Source of the DNA: Eledone cirrhosa
Taxonomy: Eukaryota
Length of the DNA stretch: 64,000 nt
NCBI GenBank assembly: GCA_964016885.1
Contig: OZ024763.1
Location: forward strand, 25,296,001 to 25,360,000
Direction of reading: 5' to 3'
In this document: positions 16,317 through 30,000 of the stretch, piece by piece
How positions within the stretch are numbered: position 1 is the first letter of the stretch
Layout: each line of letters begins with the position of its first letter
The notes under the pieces: generated by a model
Seen by the model: only the letters and a program-made list of their open reading frames with translations
Database searches by the model: none
Told to the model about the DNA's origin: nothing
Made by a program: the position numbers and the translations under genes

Positions 16317-17289
16317 GTATCTATCAAGCTATATCTATATATTTACCTCCTCGTCCTGTCATTTATTCTCTTGAAACTGAAGGGAAAAACATTTCCCTTT
16401 TAGTCATATTCAGAAACTGGAATTACAAGAGGATAAAAATGGCGACAACGAGAGATGAAATAACGGTCGACAGAAGAAAAACCGGAAGTACGCTTATAGA
16501 GCTGATCATGGCTAACTTTCTTCATCAACGACCGCCATGTTGACTACAGTATTTATGTAGATAAACATGAGTTATTACTAAACAAATATATATATATATA
16601 TATATGAGTGTGTGTGTGTATTTATGTATGTGTATGTGTATTGTGTGGGTTTATATGTGTGTATACATGTGTGTCTGTGTGTGTGTACATATATGTTCAT
16701 GTGTGTGTATACATGTGTGTTGGTGTGAGTGTGTGTATGGGTGTGTGCATGTGTGTGTGTTCATGTGTGTTTGTGTAAGTGTTTGTATGTGTGTGTTTGT
16801 GTGCGTATGTGTGCATGTCGTTGTGTGTGTGTTTACATTTGTGTTTGTGTTTGTGTGTGTGTATGTCTTCATGTGTGTTGTGTGGGTTTATATGTGTGTA
16901 TACATGTGTGTCTGTGTGTGTGTACATATGTGTTCATGTGTGTGTATACATGTGTGTTTGTGTGTGAGTGTTTGTATGGGTGTGTGCATGTGTGTTTGTG
17001 TAAGTGTGTGTATGTGTGTGTTTGTGTGCATGTGGTTGTGTGTGTTTACATTTATGTTTGTGTGTGTGCATGTGTTTGTGTGTGTCTGTGTGTTTATCTG
17101 TGTGTGCTCGTGTATTTGTGTGTTTGTATGTGTGTGTCTGTGTTCATGTGTGTTTGTTTGTGTGTGTGCGTATGTATGTGTGTGTGTTTATATATAAAGT
17201 AAATGGGGAACGATGCTTTTAGGTATGTTTTTAATGTTGTTGTTGCTGTTGTTGTTGTTGTTGTTGTGCTGCTGCTGCTGCTGCTGCTG

Positions 17290-17700
17290 CTGTTGCTCTA
17301 GTGAGGTTTGTTGTTGTTGTCGCCCATGTTACTATTGTTGTTGCTGTTGTTGTTGTTGTTGTTGTTGTGCTGCTGCTGCTGTTGCTCTAGTGAGGTTTGT
17401 TGTTGTTGTCGCCCATGTTACTATTGTTGTTGTTGTTGTTGCTGTTGTTGTTGTTGTGCTGCTGCTGCTGGTGCTCTAGTGAGGTTTGTTGTTGGCGCCC
17501 ATGTTACTATTGTTGTTGTTGTTGTTGCTGTTGTTGTTGTTGTGCTGCTGCTGCTGTTGCTCTAGTGAGGTTTGTTGTTGTCGCCCATGTTACTATTGTT
17601 GTTGCTGTTGCTGTTGTTGTTGTTGTGCTACTGCTGCTGTTGCTCTAGTGAGGTTTGTTGTTGTCGCCCATGTTACTATTGTTGTTGTTGTTGTTGCTGT
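17290..17700. repeat. About 85-89-bp tandem repeat built on (GTT)n, 5 copies
   Basis: Recurrent GCTCTAGTGAGGTTTGTTGTTGTCGCCCATGTTACTATT. Confidence 0.9.
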
Positions 17701-17917
17701 TGTTGTTGTTGTTGTTGTCGGTGGTACTGATGTTGTTGTTGTTGTCGGTGCTTCTGATGTTGTTGTTGTTGTGGGTGCTGTTGTTGTTGTTGTTGTTGGT
17801 GGTGGTGCTGTTGCTGTTGTTGTTGTTGTTGTTAATCAAAGAATGGACGGCAGCGATGTAGCCTAGTTTTCGAGTTTCCAAAAATATGAAATATCTAAAT
17901 ATTTACCTATGAGACAA

Positions 17918-17949
<32 letters not shown>

Positions 17950-18131
17950 AGCGACAGACAGACAGAGCGACAGACAGAGCGACAGACAGACAGACAGACA
18001 AAAGAGAAAGAGGAAAAATGAATGTACTGAGAATAAAGACAGACAGACAGACGAGACAAATTATTAGATGGAAAAATTGCCTGATTTTGGCTTAAGGGAC
18101 TTTTGGTTTCTCGGCCACCATACGTTTGTTT

Positions 18132-18246
<115 letters not shown>

Positions 18247-18255
18247 GTATGTGTG

Positions 18256-18294
<39 letters not shown>

Positions 18295-18369
18295 GTGTGT
18301 ATGTATATATATATATATATGTGTGTGTGTGTATGTATATATATATATATGTATGTGTGTTTGTGTGTG

Positions 18370-18435
<66 letters not shown>

Positions 18436-18541
18436 TATATAGAGAGAAATATATATATAGAGAGAGAGAGAAATATATATATACATATATATAGAGAGAA
18501 ATATATATATACATATATATATAGAGAGATTACAAAAAGAT

Positions 18542-18603
<62 letters not shown>

Positions 18604-18929
18604 GCAATCTACCACCACCACCACCACCACCACCCATCTACTACTAGTATTTCCGTCACTACTACTACCTCCACCACCGTCAACGCCACTATGACTACCA
18701 CCAGCCCCATCACCTCGACTACCACCATCGTCACCACCATACACTACGACTAATACCACCACCACTAATAATACCACCACCACTAATACCACCACTACTA
18801 CTGTTACTACTACTACTACTGTTACCATCACCATCACCATCATCATCATTATATTGTTTATAATCATAACCATCAGAGTCGCTGTCTCCACTCAAGATGG
18901 CGCCGTAAAACGCACTTCATTTTAGTTGT

Positions 18930-18945
18930 TGAAGAAGAAGAAGAA

Positions 18946-18976
<31 letters not shown>

Positions 18977-19365
18977 AAGAAGAAGAAGAAGAAGAAGAAG
19001 AAGAAGAAGAAGAAGAAGAAGAAGAAGAAGAAGAAGAAGAAGAAGAAGAAGAAGAAGAAGAAGAAGAAGAAGAAGAAGAAGAAGAAGAATGAGGAGAAAA
19101 AGAAGAAGAAGAATGAGGAGAAAAAGAAGAAGAAGAATGAGGAGAAGAAGAAGTATGAGAAGAGGAAGAATGGGGAGAAGAAGGAGAAGAAGACGATGAA
19201 AGAGAAGAAGAAGAAGAAGAAGAAGAAGAAGAAGAAGAAGAAGAAGAAGAAGATGAAAGAGAAGAAGAAGAAGAAGAAGAAGAAGAAGAAGAAGAAGAAG
19301 AAGAAGACGAAAGAGAAGAAGAAGAAGAAGACGAAAGAGAAGAAGAAGAAGAAGGAGTAGAAGAA
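18930..19365. repeat. (GAA)n microsatellite
   Basis: Direct reading. Confidence 0.95.
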
Positions 19366-20061
19366 GTAATATACACACAGATCTGTTGATGTCTTTTTTC
19401 TTGTTTCCTTCTTGTTCCTCTCGTTCCTCTAATACTTCTGGGTTTACCTCATTCCCCTTCTTCTTCCTCGTCTCCCCCGTCTGCCCCCTCTCTCCTCTCC
19501 TTCCCCTTCTTCCCCGTCTGCCTCCTTTCTTCCTCCCCTTCACTTTCTCGTTCTGTCCCCTTTTTTCCCCTTCTCCCCCGTATGAATCCCCTTTCTTTTC
19601 TCCCTCCCCCTTCTTACCCATCTACCTCGACTGACCCCCCCTCCATTCTCCCCCATATACCCCCTTCTCTCCCTTCCCCTTTCTCCCCCATCTTCCTCCT
19701 CCCCCTTCTCCCCAATCTGCCCCCTTTCTTCTCTTTCTTCTTCTTATTCTTATTTTTCTTCTTCTCCTTCGTCTTCTGTTGTTTTTCCTTTCTTTCGTTT
19801 CTTTCTCTGACTATTCTTCCTCTCAATTCTTATCTTTCCTTCAATTATCTTTCATCTTTATCTTTTTTCGTTCTCACTTATCCCCTCCCTCCTTCCCTCA
19901 CCTCTCTCTCTCTCTCTCTTTCTTTCCCTCTCTCTCCTTCTCTCTTTCTCTCTTTCTTTCTCTCTCTCTCCTTCTCTCTTTCTTTTTTTCTCTCTCGCTC
20001 ATTCTCTCTCTCCCCACTCTCTTTTACTCTCTCTCTATATATATATCTTTCTCTCTCTCTA

Positions 20062-20136
<75 letters not shown>

Positions 20137-20312
20137 TTCTCTCTCTATTTTCTTTCCTTGCGGCAATCTGATCGCAAAAGTAAAAACAAAAACAAAAGCC
20201 AAAAATTTAAAAATTTACCAAAATTTTTTTTTTAATAATGGTAATAAAAAAAAATAATTCCCCAAATAAGAAAATAAACAAAAAAAAAACAGACAGTAAA
20301 TAAATAAATAAG

Positions 20313-20343
<31 letters not shown>

Positions 20344-20794
20344 ACCATTATTTTCCAAATGGAATTTTAAAGTAAGGTGTGATTCTTAAAGATGCTGAAC
20401 GTTGGAAAGCGAAAGTGAAAGTTGAAAAAAGAAAAGGGCGGGAAAGGGGGTGCGAGTGATTAGTTGATGTAGATGGTGGTGATGATGGAAATGGCGACGG
20501 TGGCAATGAGAAACGAAAGATGTTTATCGCGTTTCCAGTTCAGTTTTTAAATTTTTAATTTTATTTTCATTTTATTAATTTTTTTTAGTGTTAGGTTTTT
20601 GTTGTTGTTGTTGTTGGGTGGTGGTGGTTGGGGGGGGGGGGGGGGGTTAGATCATTACTACTGATCACTGACTGATCTTCGATCACCTACATTCCAGAAT
20701 ATTCGTTACCGAAAAAAAAAACACACACACACTTACAAAATGTTCACAGGGGGTTGACTAAGGTTTGATGTCATTGTCGCAGTTATTGTTGTCG

Positions 20795-21220
20795 TTCTTG
20801 TTGTGTTAGTGTCGTTGTTGTTGTGTTAGTGTCGTTGTTGTTGTGTTAGCGTCGTTGTTGTTGTGTTAGCGTCGTTGTTGTTGTTGTGTTAGTGTCGTTG
20901 TTGTTGTTGTTGTGTTAGTGTCGTTGTTGTTGTTGTGTTAGTGTCGTTGTTGTTGTGTTAGTGTCGTTGTTGTGTTAGTGTCGTTGTTGTTGTGTTAGCG
21001 TCGTTGTTGTTGTTGTGTTAGTGTCGTTGTTGTTGTTGTGTTAGTGTCGTTGTTGTTGTTGTGTTAGCGTCGTTGTTGTTTTTGTTGTGTTAGTGTCGTT
21101 GTTGTTGTTGTGTTGGTGTCGTCGTTGTTGTTGTTGTGTTAGTGTCGTCGTTGTTGTTGTTGTGTTAGTGTCGTTGTTGTTGTCGTCGTTGTTGTTCTTG
21201 TTGTTGTGTTAGTGTCGTTG
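20795..21220. repeat. (GTT)n-GTGTTAGTGTC minisatellite
   Basis: About 20-26-bp units with variable GTT count. Confidence 0.9.
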
Positions 21221-21265
21221 TTGCCATTGTTCTTATTGTTGTGTTAGTGTTGTTGTTGTTGTCGT

Positions 21266-21470
21266 GGAGCAACGTGAAATAAAGTGTCTTGTTCAAGGAC
21301 ACAGTGGACTGGAGTAACGTGAAATAAAGTGTCTTGCTCAAGGACACAATGGACTGGAGCAACGTGAAATAAAGTGTCTTGTTCAAGGACACCACGTAGC
21401 TTTGCTTAATCCGAGAATCGAACTCACGCCCTTACCATTGGTGAGCCGAACATTTTAACCAATGAGAAAA
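21266..21470 (-). mobile_element. tRNA-derived CORE-type SINE with triplicated core domain
   Basis: Minus strand: A-box-like CTCATTGGTTAA, B-box GAGTTCGATTCTC, then three tandem ~45-bp GTGTCCTTGA(A/G)CAAGACACTTTATTTCACGTT(G/A)CTCC units resembling the CORE domain. Confidence 0.7.
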
Positions 21471-22470
21471 CAATGTCCACAAACACGACCAACATATTTT
21501 GACGATCATTTTACTTTTTCCATTTCACTCTTCTTGGTTGGAGAGAAATATCGCTGTAGTTAAATGACAGATCGTTTCACAGGTAGCTACAACAACAGTA
21601 ACAACAACAGTAACAGTAACAACAGTAACTACAACAGTAACAACAACAACACTAACAACAACAGTAACAACAACAGTAACAACAACAACAACACTAACAG
21701 TAACAACAACAATAACAACAACAGTAACAACAACAATAACAACAACAGTAACAACAACAGTAACAACAACAGAAACAACAACAGTAACAACAACAACAAC
21801 AGTAACAACAACAACAACAGAAACAACACAGTAAAAACAACAGTAACTACAATAGCATATACATCCGACGATAACAACAACAGTAACAACAAGAAGTGAA
21901 AGAATGGGTGAGAGGTAGATGAGGAGAAGTAGGAGGAGGGACAGAGGAAGGAGGGGTAAAGGGGGAGGGGTGTCACTTGAAGAATTCTGGAATTGTTCCA
22001 GTAATAATTCTATCTTGTAAATCTGACAGGAATTGCAGTTGTCAGCTGACCTGGACTGGAAGACATGTGACATGGAATAGGAGTTGGGGGGGTCGAGAGG
22101 AGGGGGGGCTGAGGGGTGAGATGTATGAAGGGACGAGTAGAGGGGGGCGATGGGGAGGGAGAGCAGAGAGGAGGAGGAGGTGTAAGAGGGGGAAGAGTTG
22201 TGAGTGGAGTGTGGAGGGGCGGAGGAGGTGGTAAAGAGGGGTGAGGTGTATGAAGGGGCGGTGGGGAAGGAGGGAGAGCAGAGGAGAGGGGTGTAACAGG
22301 GGGAAGAGGAGAGGGGAGGTAAGTTCTCTCTGAAGAACTACATTAATTGTACATCTGATTGTGGAATACTCAGCCACTTTCATTTTATTTATACTAAACT
22401 AAATGTTATATATACATTTGTACATCTCAAGTGTCAATATGTATATAAACAAATTTATGCCACTTATCTT

Positions 22471-22579
<109 letters not shown>

Positions 22580-22640
22580 ATCTATGTTTTACCGTGTATT
22601 TATTTTTTTATTAATATGCACACCTGGTAATATATCTATG

Positions 22641-22678
<38 letters not shown>

Positions 22679-22680
22679 TG

Positions 22681-22740
<60 letters not shown>

Positions 22741-22742
22741 TG

Positions 22743-22850
<108 letters not shown>

Positions 22851-22860
22851 TGTATATATA

Positions 22861-22921
<61 letters not shown>

Positions 22922-22977
22922 TGATACGAGCCCTCTCATGCACGCGTATACATGTATGTAAAGAGAGATAAAGGAAG

Positions 22978-23090
<113 letters not shown>

Positions 23091-23184
23091 TACATATATA
23101 CATACATATATATATATATGTATACAGAGAGAGAGAGATACAATGAGAAAGAAGTTAAATTTTAAAACAACACACAAATATAAG

Positions 23185-23256
<72 letters not shown>

Positions 23257-24101
23257 AGAGAGAGAGAGCCAGTCAGCCTTCCAGACCGACAAACAGACAT
23301 ACAGACAGACAGTGTGGCGAGGGAGGAGGAGAGAGAGGGTGTGTTTGTTGTGTTTTCTTATTATTACACTGTATTGTTTTATGTTGTTGTTGGATTGTTA
23401 GCTAAGGTTTTCATTTGTTTTCTCTCTTTATAGTTTTATTTTTTATCTTTTTATATTTTTATTTTATTTTATTTTATTTTATTTTATTTTATTTTAAGAA
23501 TGAACAGCGTTCGTTCCCGTAATTTCTATGTTTCAAATTGGGTAATGTTTGTGTGTTGGTGTGTATATATATATATATATGTGTGTGTGTGTATGTGTGT
23601 ATATGTATGTGTTTGCGCGTGTATGTGAATAGATGAATATATATATATGTATATATGTATATATATATATATACATATATATGTATGTGTATATGTGTAT
23701 GCATACGTGTACGAGTATATAGCAATTAGATTGTATTAATTTAGTTATGAAGTATATATATATATATATATATATACACGAGTGTGTATATATAGAGGGG
23801 GGCTGTTCCACATAACATGATGATATGTTTATATAGTAATTTCTACTTATTAATTTAAGAATGGGCGGTGTGTATATCAGTGTGTATATATCTGTGAATG
23901 TGCGTGTGTATATGATTGGATGAAACTTTGTGTGTGTGTGTATATATATATATATATGTATGTGAATATATCTAACTAAAATGCTGTGTGTGTTCATGGG
24001 CATATATATGTATATGTGTGTTTGTCAGTGTGCGCTTTACAATTATTGTTTGTGGCTCTGCGCGTGTATTTGTTTACTTGTGTATGTATGTATATAAGTG
24101 T

Positions 24102-24198
<97 letters not shown>

Positions 24199-24685
24199 TG
24201 TGTGTGTAGTGTGAGTCTGCTGAAAATTTTAATGCATACAAATTACACGGCAATTTGTACGCATTAAATTGGCTCGTGTGTGTGTATATATCTATATATA
24301 TCTATATATATCTATATCTATATATAGTGTATATATATATATATATAATGTGTGTATATATGTATATATGAATATGTATTTTTTTCTGTTTTACATGTAT
24401 GTCATGATGTCTGTGTATATACGTTTTACACTGTGTATACGTATGGATATATGTGTGTACCTGTGTATTTGCGTGAATGTATGTACGTATGTACGTGTAT
24501 GTATGTATATATGTATGTGTATGCATGTATGCATGTATGTATGTATGTATGTATGTATGTATGTATGTATGTATAAACATACAGTAATTTGTTATGCATT
24601 AAAATAAGTGTTGTTTGTATTTTTTATGAATGTTAGTACTGTAGTGTATAATCATATATATGTGTGTATGTGTGTGTGTGTATGT

Positions 24686-24724
<39 letters not shown>

Positions 24725-24934
24725 TGTGAATATATGTGTGTGAAGATATGTGTATATATATATATTCATACATGCATACATATATCCATGTATATATATA
24801 TATATATATATCTATATATATATATATATATACATACATATATATACACATACATATGTGCATACATTCATGCATACATTCATGTATATATACATACATA
24901 TATATATGCATATATATATACGACCATCTGATCT

Positions 24935-24981
<47 letters not shown>

Positions 24982-25023
24982 CCTGTGGTCATATCACAGC
25001 TATCTCAGTAGCCATATGACCCT

Positions 25024-25065
25024 AACAGTCACGTGTTTCTGGATATGTATCCGTCATCAGTGACA
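25024..25065 (-). ncRNA. Degenerate type I hammerhead ribozyme
   Basis: GUCA-CUGAUGA-CGGAUAC/AUAUCCA-GAAA-CACGUG-AC; cleavage triplet non-canonical, stem I imperfect; about 45 nt from a (TA)n flank. Confidence 0.45.
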
Positions 25066-25214
25066 TTCATTCAGTCAGTACTGAGAGAAGAATAAGCTTA
25101 AGTTTACATGATTTTTGTAATGGAGAGGGGTGTTGGGAACATCGGCTGGTGGCGGCTATTTGCATATTGTGTTAATTCATGTTTCCTCACTCTTTGGCTG
25201 GTTCGATTGTTCAT

Positions 25215-25700
25215 GAACCTACCTGTTTATCTCCCTTCTTCGACCTCTTTGACGTCACTTACTCATTTACCTACCTGTTTATCTCCCTTGTTCGATCTCC
25301 ATGACGTCACTTATTTACCTACCTGTTTATCTCCCTTCTTCGACCTCTTTGACGTCACTTACTCATTTACCTACTTGTTTATCTCCCTTGTTCGATCTCT
25401 GTGACGTCACTTATTTACCTACCTGTTTATCTCCCTTTGACGTCCCTTACTCATTTCCCTACCCGTTTACCTCCCTTGTTCGACCTCATTAACGTCACTC
25501 GCTCATTTACCTACCTGTTTATCTCCCTTTGATGTCACTCATTTACCTCCCTTGTTCGACCCCTTTGACATCACTCATTTATCTACCTGTTTATCTCCCT
25601 TGTTCGACCTCTTTGACGTCACTCATTTACCTACCTGTTTATCTCCCTATGACGTCACTTGCTCATTTCCAAACCCGTTTATCTCCCTTGTTCGACCTTT
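25215..25700. repeat. Degenerate ~50-bp tandem repeat, about 10 copies
   Basis: ACCTACCTGTTTATCTCCCTTGTTCGACCTCTTTGACGTCACTCATTT variants. Confidence 0.9.
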
Positions 25701-25988
25701 TGGCGTTACCTTGAAGCAAGTAATTTCGACTTTTCAATGGTTGACATTCTGAACAATTGAAAACAGTTCGTTTAGCTCGAAGTGTCTGTCCGTGTGTCAC
25801 CTTACACTGAAGTGTTTCTAAGATTTGTTCGTGACAAGTCGACCATAAGCTGTGTCGGTGAATTAAATTATTGCTGTGAATCTCGCTTATCGGCAGACAC
25901 TTGACCGGAAGTGCTGTCGAAAGAACACTACTGTTGCTATTTCCGCTCGCTTTTCTAATTCAGTATGATCGCGTTGTAATTATATATG

Positions 25989-26019
<31 letters not shown>

Positions 26020-26127
26020 ATGCATATATATATTCACACACACACACACACACACATATGTATGTATATATATATATATGCATATATAGACAGAAACATG
26101 TATACACGCATACTTTAACCATTTCAA

Positions 26128-26188
<61 letters not shown>

Positions 26189-26282
26189 GACATGTATATA
26201 TATATATATGTATGTCTACGTATCTGTGTAAGTCTGCAAGTGTATGTGAGAGAGAGAGAGAGAGCGAGAGAGAGAGAGAGAG

Positions 26283-26373
<91 letters not shown>

Positions 26374-26493
26374 TGTGTGTGTGTGTGTGTGTGTAGTGTG
26401 TGTGTGTGTGTGTGTGTGTAGTGTGTGTGTGTGTGTGTGTGTGTAGTGTGTGTGTGTGTGTGTGTGTAGTGTGTGTGTGTGTGTGTGTGTGTG

Positions 26494-26527
<34 letters not shown>

Positions 26528-26744
26528 TGTGTATGTGTGTGAAAATTCGCTCATGATAAACATACGTTTCATAAACTGCTAGCAATACACACACACACTG
26601 ACATATGTATATATACATACACACACACACACATACACCCATATATAGATAGAGAGAGAGAGAGACACACACACAGATATATACATATATATATAAACAT
26701 ATATATAAACATACATATTTATATATAATTATTGATATATATAC

Positions 26745-26785
<41 letters not shown>

Positions 26786-27029
26786 TATATGTAAGTATGC
26801 ATGTATACGTACATACATATATGTATACAGACGTACAGTAGCATGCACATATATATATATATATACACATATATATACATATGCATACAGGTACACATAC
26901 ATATATGCACGTATCAGTTTAGCGGCGCTAACGTCGCTTTGTTCGTTTGTAAACAAACTGAACAGCCTGAATTTATGCCATACGGTGTTAAGGCAACCAC
27001 GTCACCTTTTTGTTCAACACTGACACAGG

Positions 27030-27074
27030 AACGATGTACTAGTTTCAAGCTTGTTAGCTATCATCAGCACCGTT
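27030..27074 (-). ncRNA. Type I hammerhead ribozyme (first of 18 copies, every 466 bp)
   Basis: AACGGUG-CUGAUGA-UAGCU-AACA-AGCUU-GAAA-CUAG-UA|CAUCGUU: intact core, 7-bp stem I, palindromic minimal stem III (ACUAGU), GUA cleavage triplet. Confidence 0.9.
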
Positions 27075-30000
27075 TACCCATCTGCCAGATAGTTGAACGT
27101 TCGAAAGTATATACTTTCCTTATGAAAATTAACGGCTGAGCAGCCTAATTTGCATATTGAGTGAGTTAAATCGGTCAGGCATACCGAAAACGATAAATTG
27201 AAACAAAATGAAAACGAAATTTCATTTCTCACTCTTAGTATGGCACTTACTTAAATGTAAGTATGCATGTATACGTACATACATATATGTATACAGACGT
27301 ACAGTAGCATGCACATATATATATATATATACACATATATATACATATGCATACAGGTACACATACATATATGCACGTATCAGTTTAGCGGCGCTAACGT
27401 CGCTTTGTTCGTTTGTAAACAAACTGAACAGCCTGAATTTATGCCATACGGTGTTAAGGCAACCACGTCACCTTTTTGTTCAACACTGACACAGGAACGA
27501 TGTACTAGTTTCAAGCTTGTTAGCTATCATCAGCACCGTTTACCCATCTGCCAGATAGTTGAACGTTCGAAAGTATATACTTTCCTTATGAAAATTAACG
27601 GCTGAGCAGCCTAATTTGCATATTGAGTGAGTTAAATCGGTCAGGCATACCGAAAACGATAAATTGAAACAAAATGAAAACGAAATTTCATTTCTCACTC
27701 TTAGTATGGCACTTACTTAAATGTAAGTATGCATGTATACGTACATACATATATGTATACAGACGTACAGTAGCATGCACATATATATATATATATACAC
27801 ATATATATACATATGCATACAGGTACACATACATATATGCACGTATCAGTTTAGCGGCGCTAACGTCGCTTTGTTCGTTTGTAAACAAACTGAACAGCCT
27901 GAATTTATGCCATACGGTGTTAAGGCAACCACGTCACCTTTTTGTTCAACACTGACACAGGAACGATGTACTAGTTTCAAGCTTGTTAGCTATCATCAGC
28001 ACCGTTTACCCATCTGCCAGATAGTTGAACGTTCGAAAGTATATACTTTCCTTATGAAAATTAACGGCTGAGCAGCCTAATTTGCATATTGAGTGAGTTA
28101 AATCGGTCAGGCATACCGAAAACGATAAATTGAAACAAAATGAAAACGAAATTTCATTTCTCACTCTTAGTATGGCACTTACTTAAATGTAAGTATGCAT
28201 GTATACGTACATACATATATGTATACAGACGTACAGTAGCATGCACATATATATATATATATACACATATATATACATATGCATACAGGTACACATACAT
28301 ATATGCACGTATCAGTTTAGCGGCGCTAACGTCGCTTTGTTCGTTTGTAAACAAACTGAACAGCCTGAATTTATGCCATACGGTGTTAAGGCAACCACGT
28401 CACCTTTTTGTTCAACACTGACACAGGAACGATGTACTAGTTTCAAGCTTGTTAGCTATCATCAGCACCGTTTACCCATCTGCCAGATAGTTGAACGTTC
28501 GAAAGTATATACTTTCCTTATGAAAATTAACGGCTGAGCAGCCTAATTTGCATATTGAGTGAGTTAAATCGGTCAGGCATACCGAAAACGATAAATTGAA
28601 ACAAAATGAAAACGAAATTTCATTTCTCACTCTTAGTATGGCACTTACTTAAATGTAAGTATGCATGTATACGTACATACATATATGTATACAGACGTAC
28701 AGTAGCATGCACATATATATATATATATACACATATATATACATATGCATACAGGTACACATACATATATGCACGTATCAGTTTAGCGGCGCTAACGTCG
28801 CTTTGTTCGTTTGTAAACAAACTGAACAGCCTGAATTTATGCCATACGGTGTTAAGGCAACCACGTCACCTTTTTGTTCAACACTGACACAGGAACGATG
28901 TACTAGTTTCAAGCTTGTTAGCTATCATCAGCACCGTTTACCCATCTGCCAGATAGTTGAACGTTCGAAAGTATATACTTTCCTTATGAAAATTAACGGC
29001 TGAGCAGCCTAATTTGCATATTGAGTGAGTTAAATCGGTCAGGCATACCGAAAACGATAAATTGAAACAAAATGAAAACGAAATTTCATTTCTCACTCTT
29101 AGTATGGCACTTACTTAAATGTAAGTATGCATGTATACGTACATACATATATGTATACAGACGTACAGTAGCATGCACATATATATATATATATACACAT
29201 ATATATACATATGCATACAGGTACACATACATATATGCACGTATCAGTTTAGCGGCGCTAACGTCGCTTTGTTCGTTTGTAAACAAACTGAACAGCCTGA
29301 ATTTATGCCATACGGTGTTAAGGCAACCACGTCACCTTTTTGTTCAACACTGACACAGGAACGATGTACTAGTTTCAAGCTTGTTAGCTATCATCAGCAC
29401 CGTTTACCCATCTGCCAGATAGTTGAACGTTCGAAAGTATATACTTTCCTTATGAAAATTAACGGCTGAGCAGCCTAATTTGCATATTGAGTGAGTTAAA
29501 TCGGTCAGGCATACCGAAAACGATAAATTGAAACAAAATGAAAACGAAATTTCATTTCTCACTCTTAGTATGGCACTTACTTAAATGTAAGTATGCATGT
29601 ATACGTACATACATATATGTATACAGACGTACAGTAGCATGCACATATATATATATATATACACATATATATACATATGCATACAGGTACACATACATAT
29701 ATGCACGTATCAGTTTAGCGGCGCTAACGTCGCTTTGTTCGTTTGTAAACAAACTGAACAGCCTGAATTTATGCCATACGGTGTTAAGGCAACCACGTCA
29801 CCTTTTTGTTCAACACTGACACAGGAACGATGTACTAGTTTCAAGCTTGTTAGCTATCATCAGCACCGTTTACCCATCTGCCAGATAGTTGAACGTTCGA
29901 AAGTATATACTTTCCTTATGAAAATTAACGGCTGAGCAGCCTAATTTGCATATTGAGTGAGTTAAATCGGTCAGGCATACCGAAAACGATAAATTGAAAC

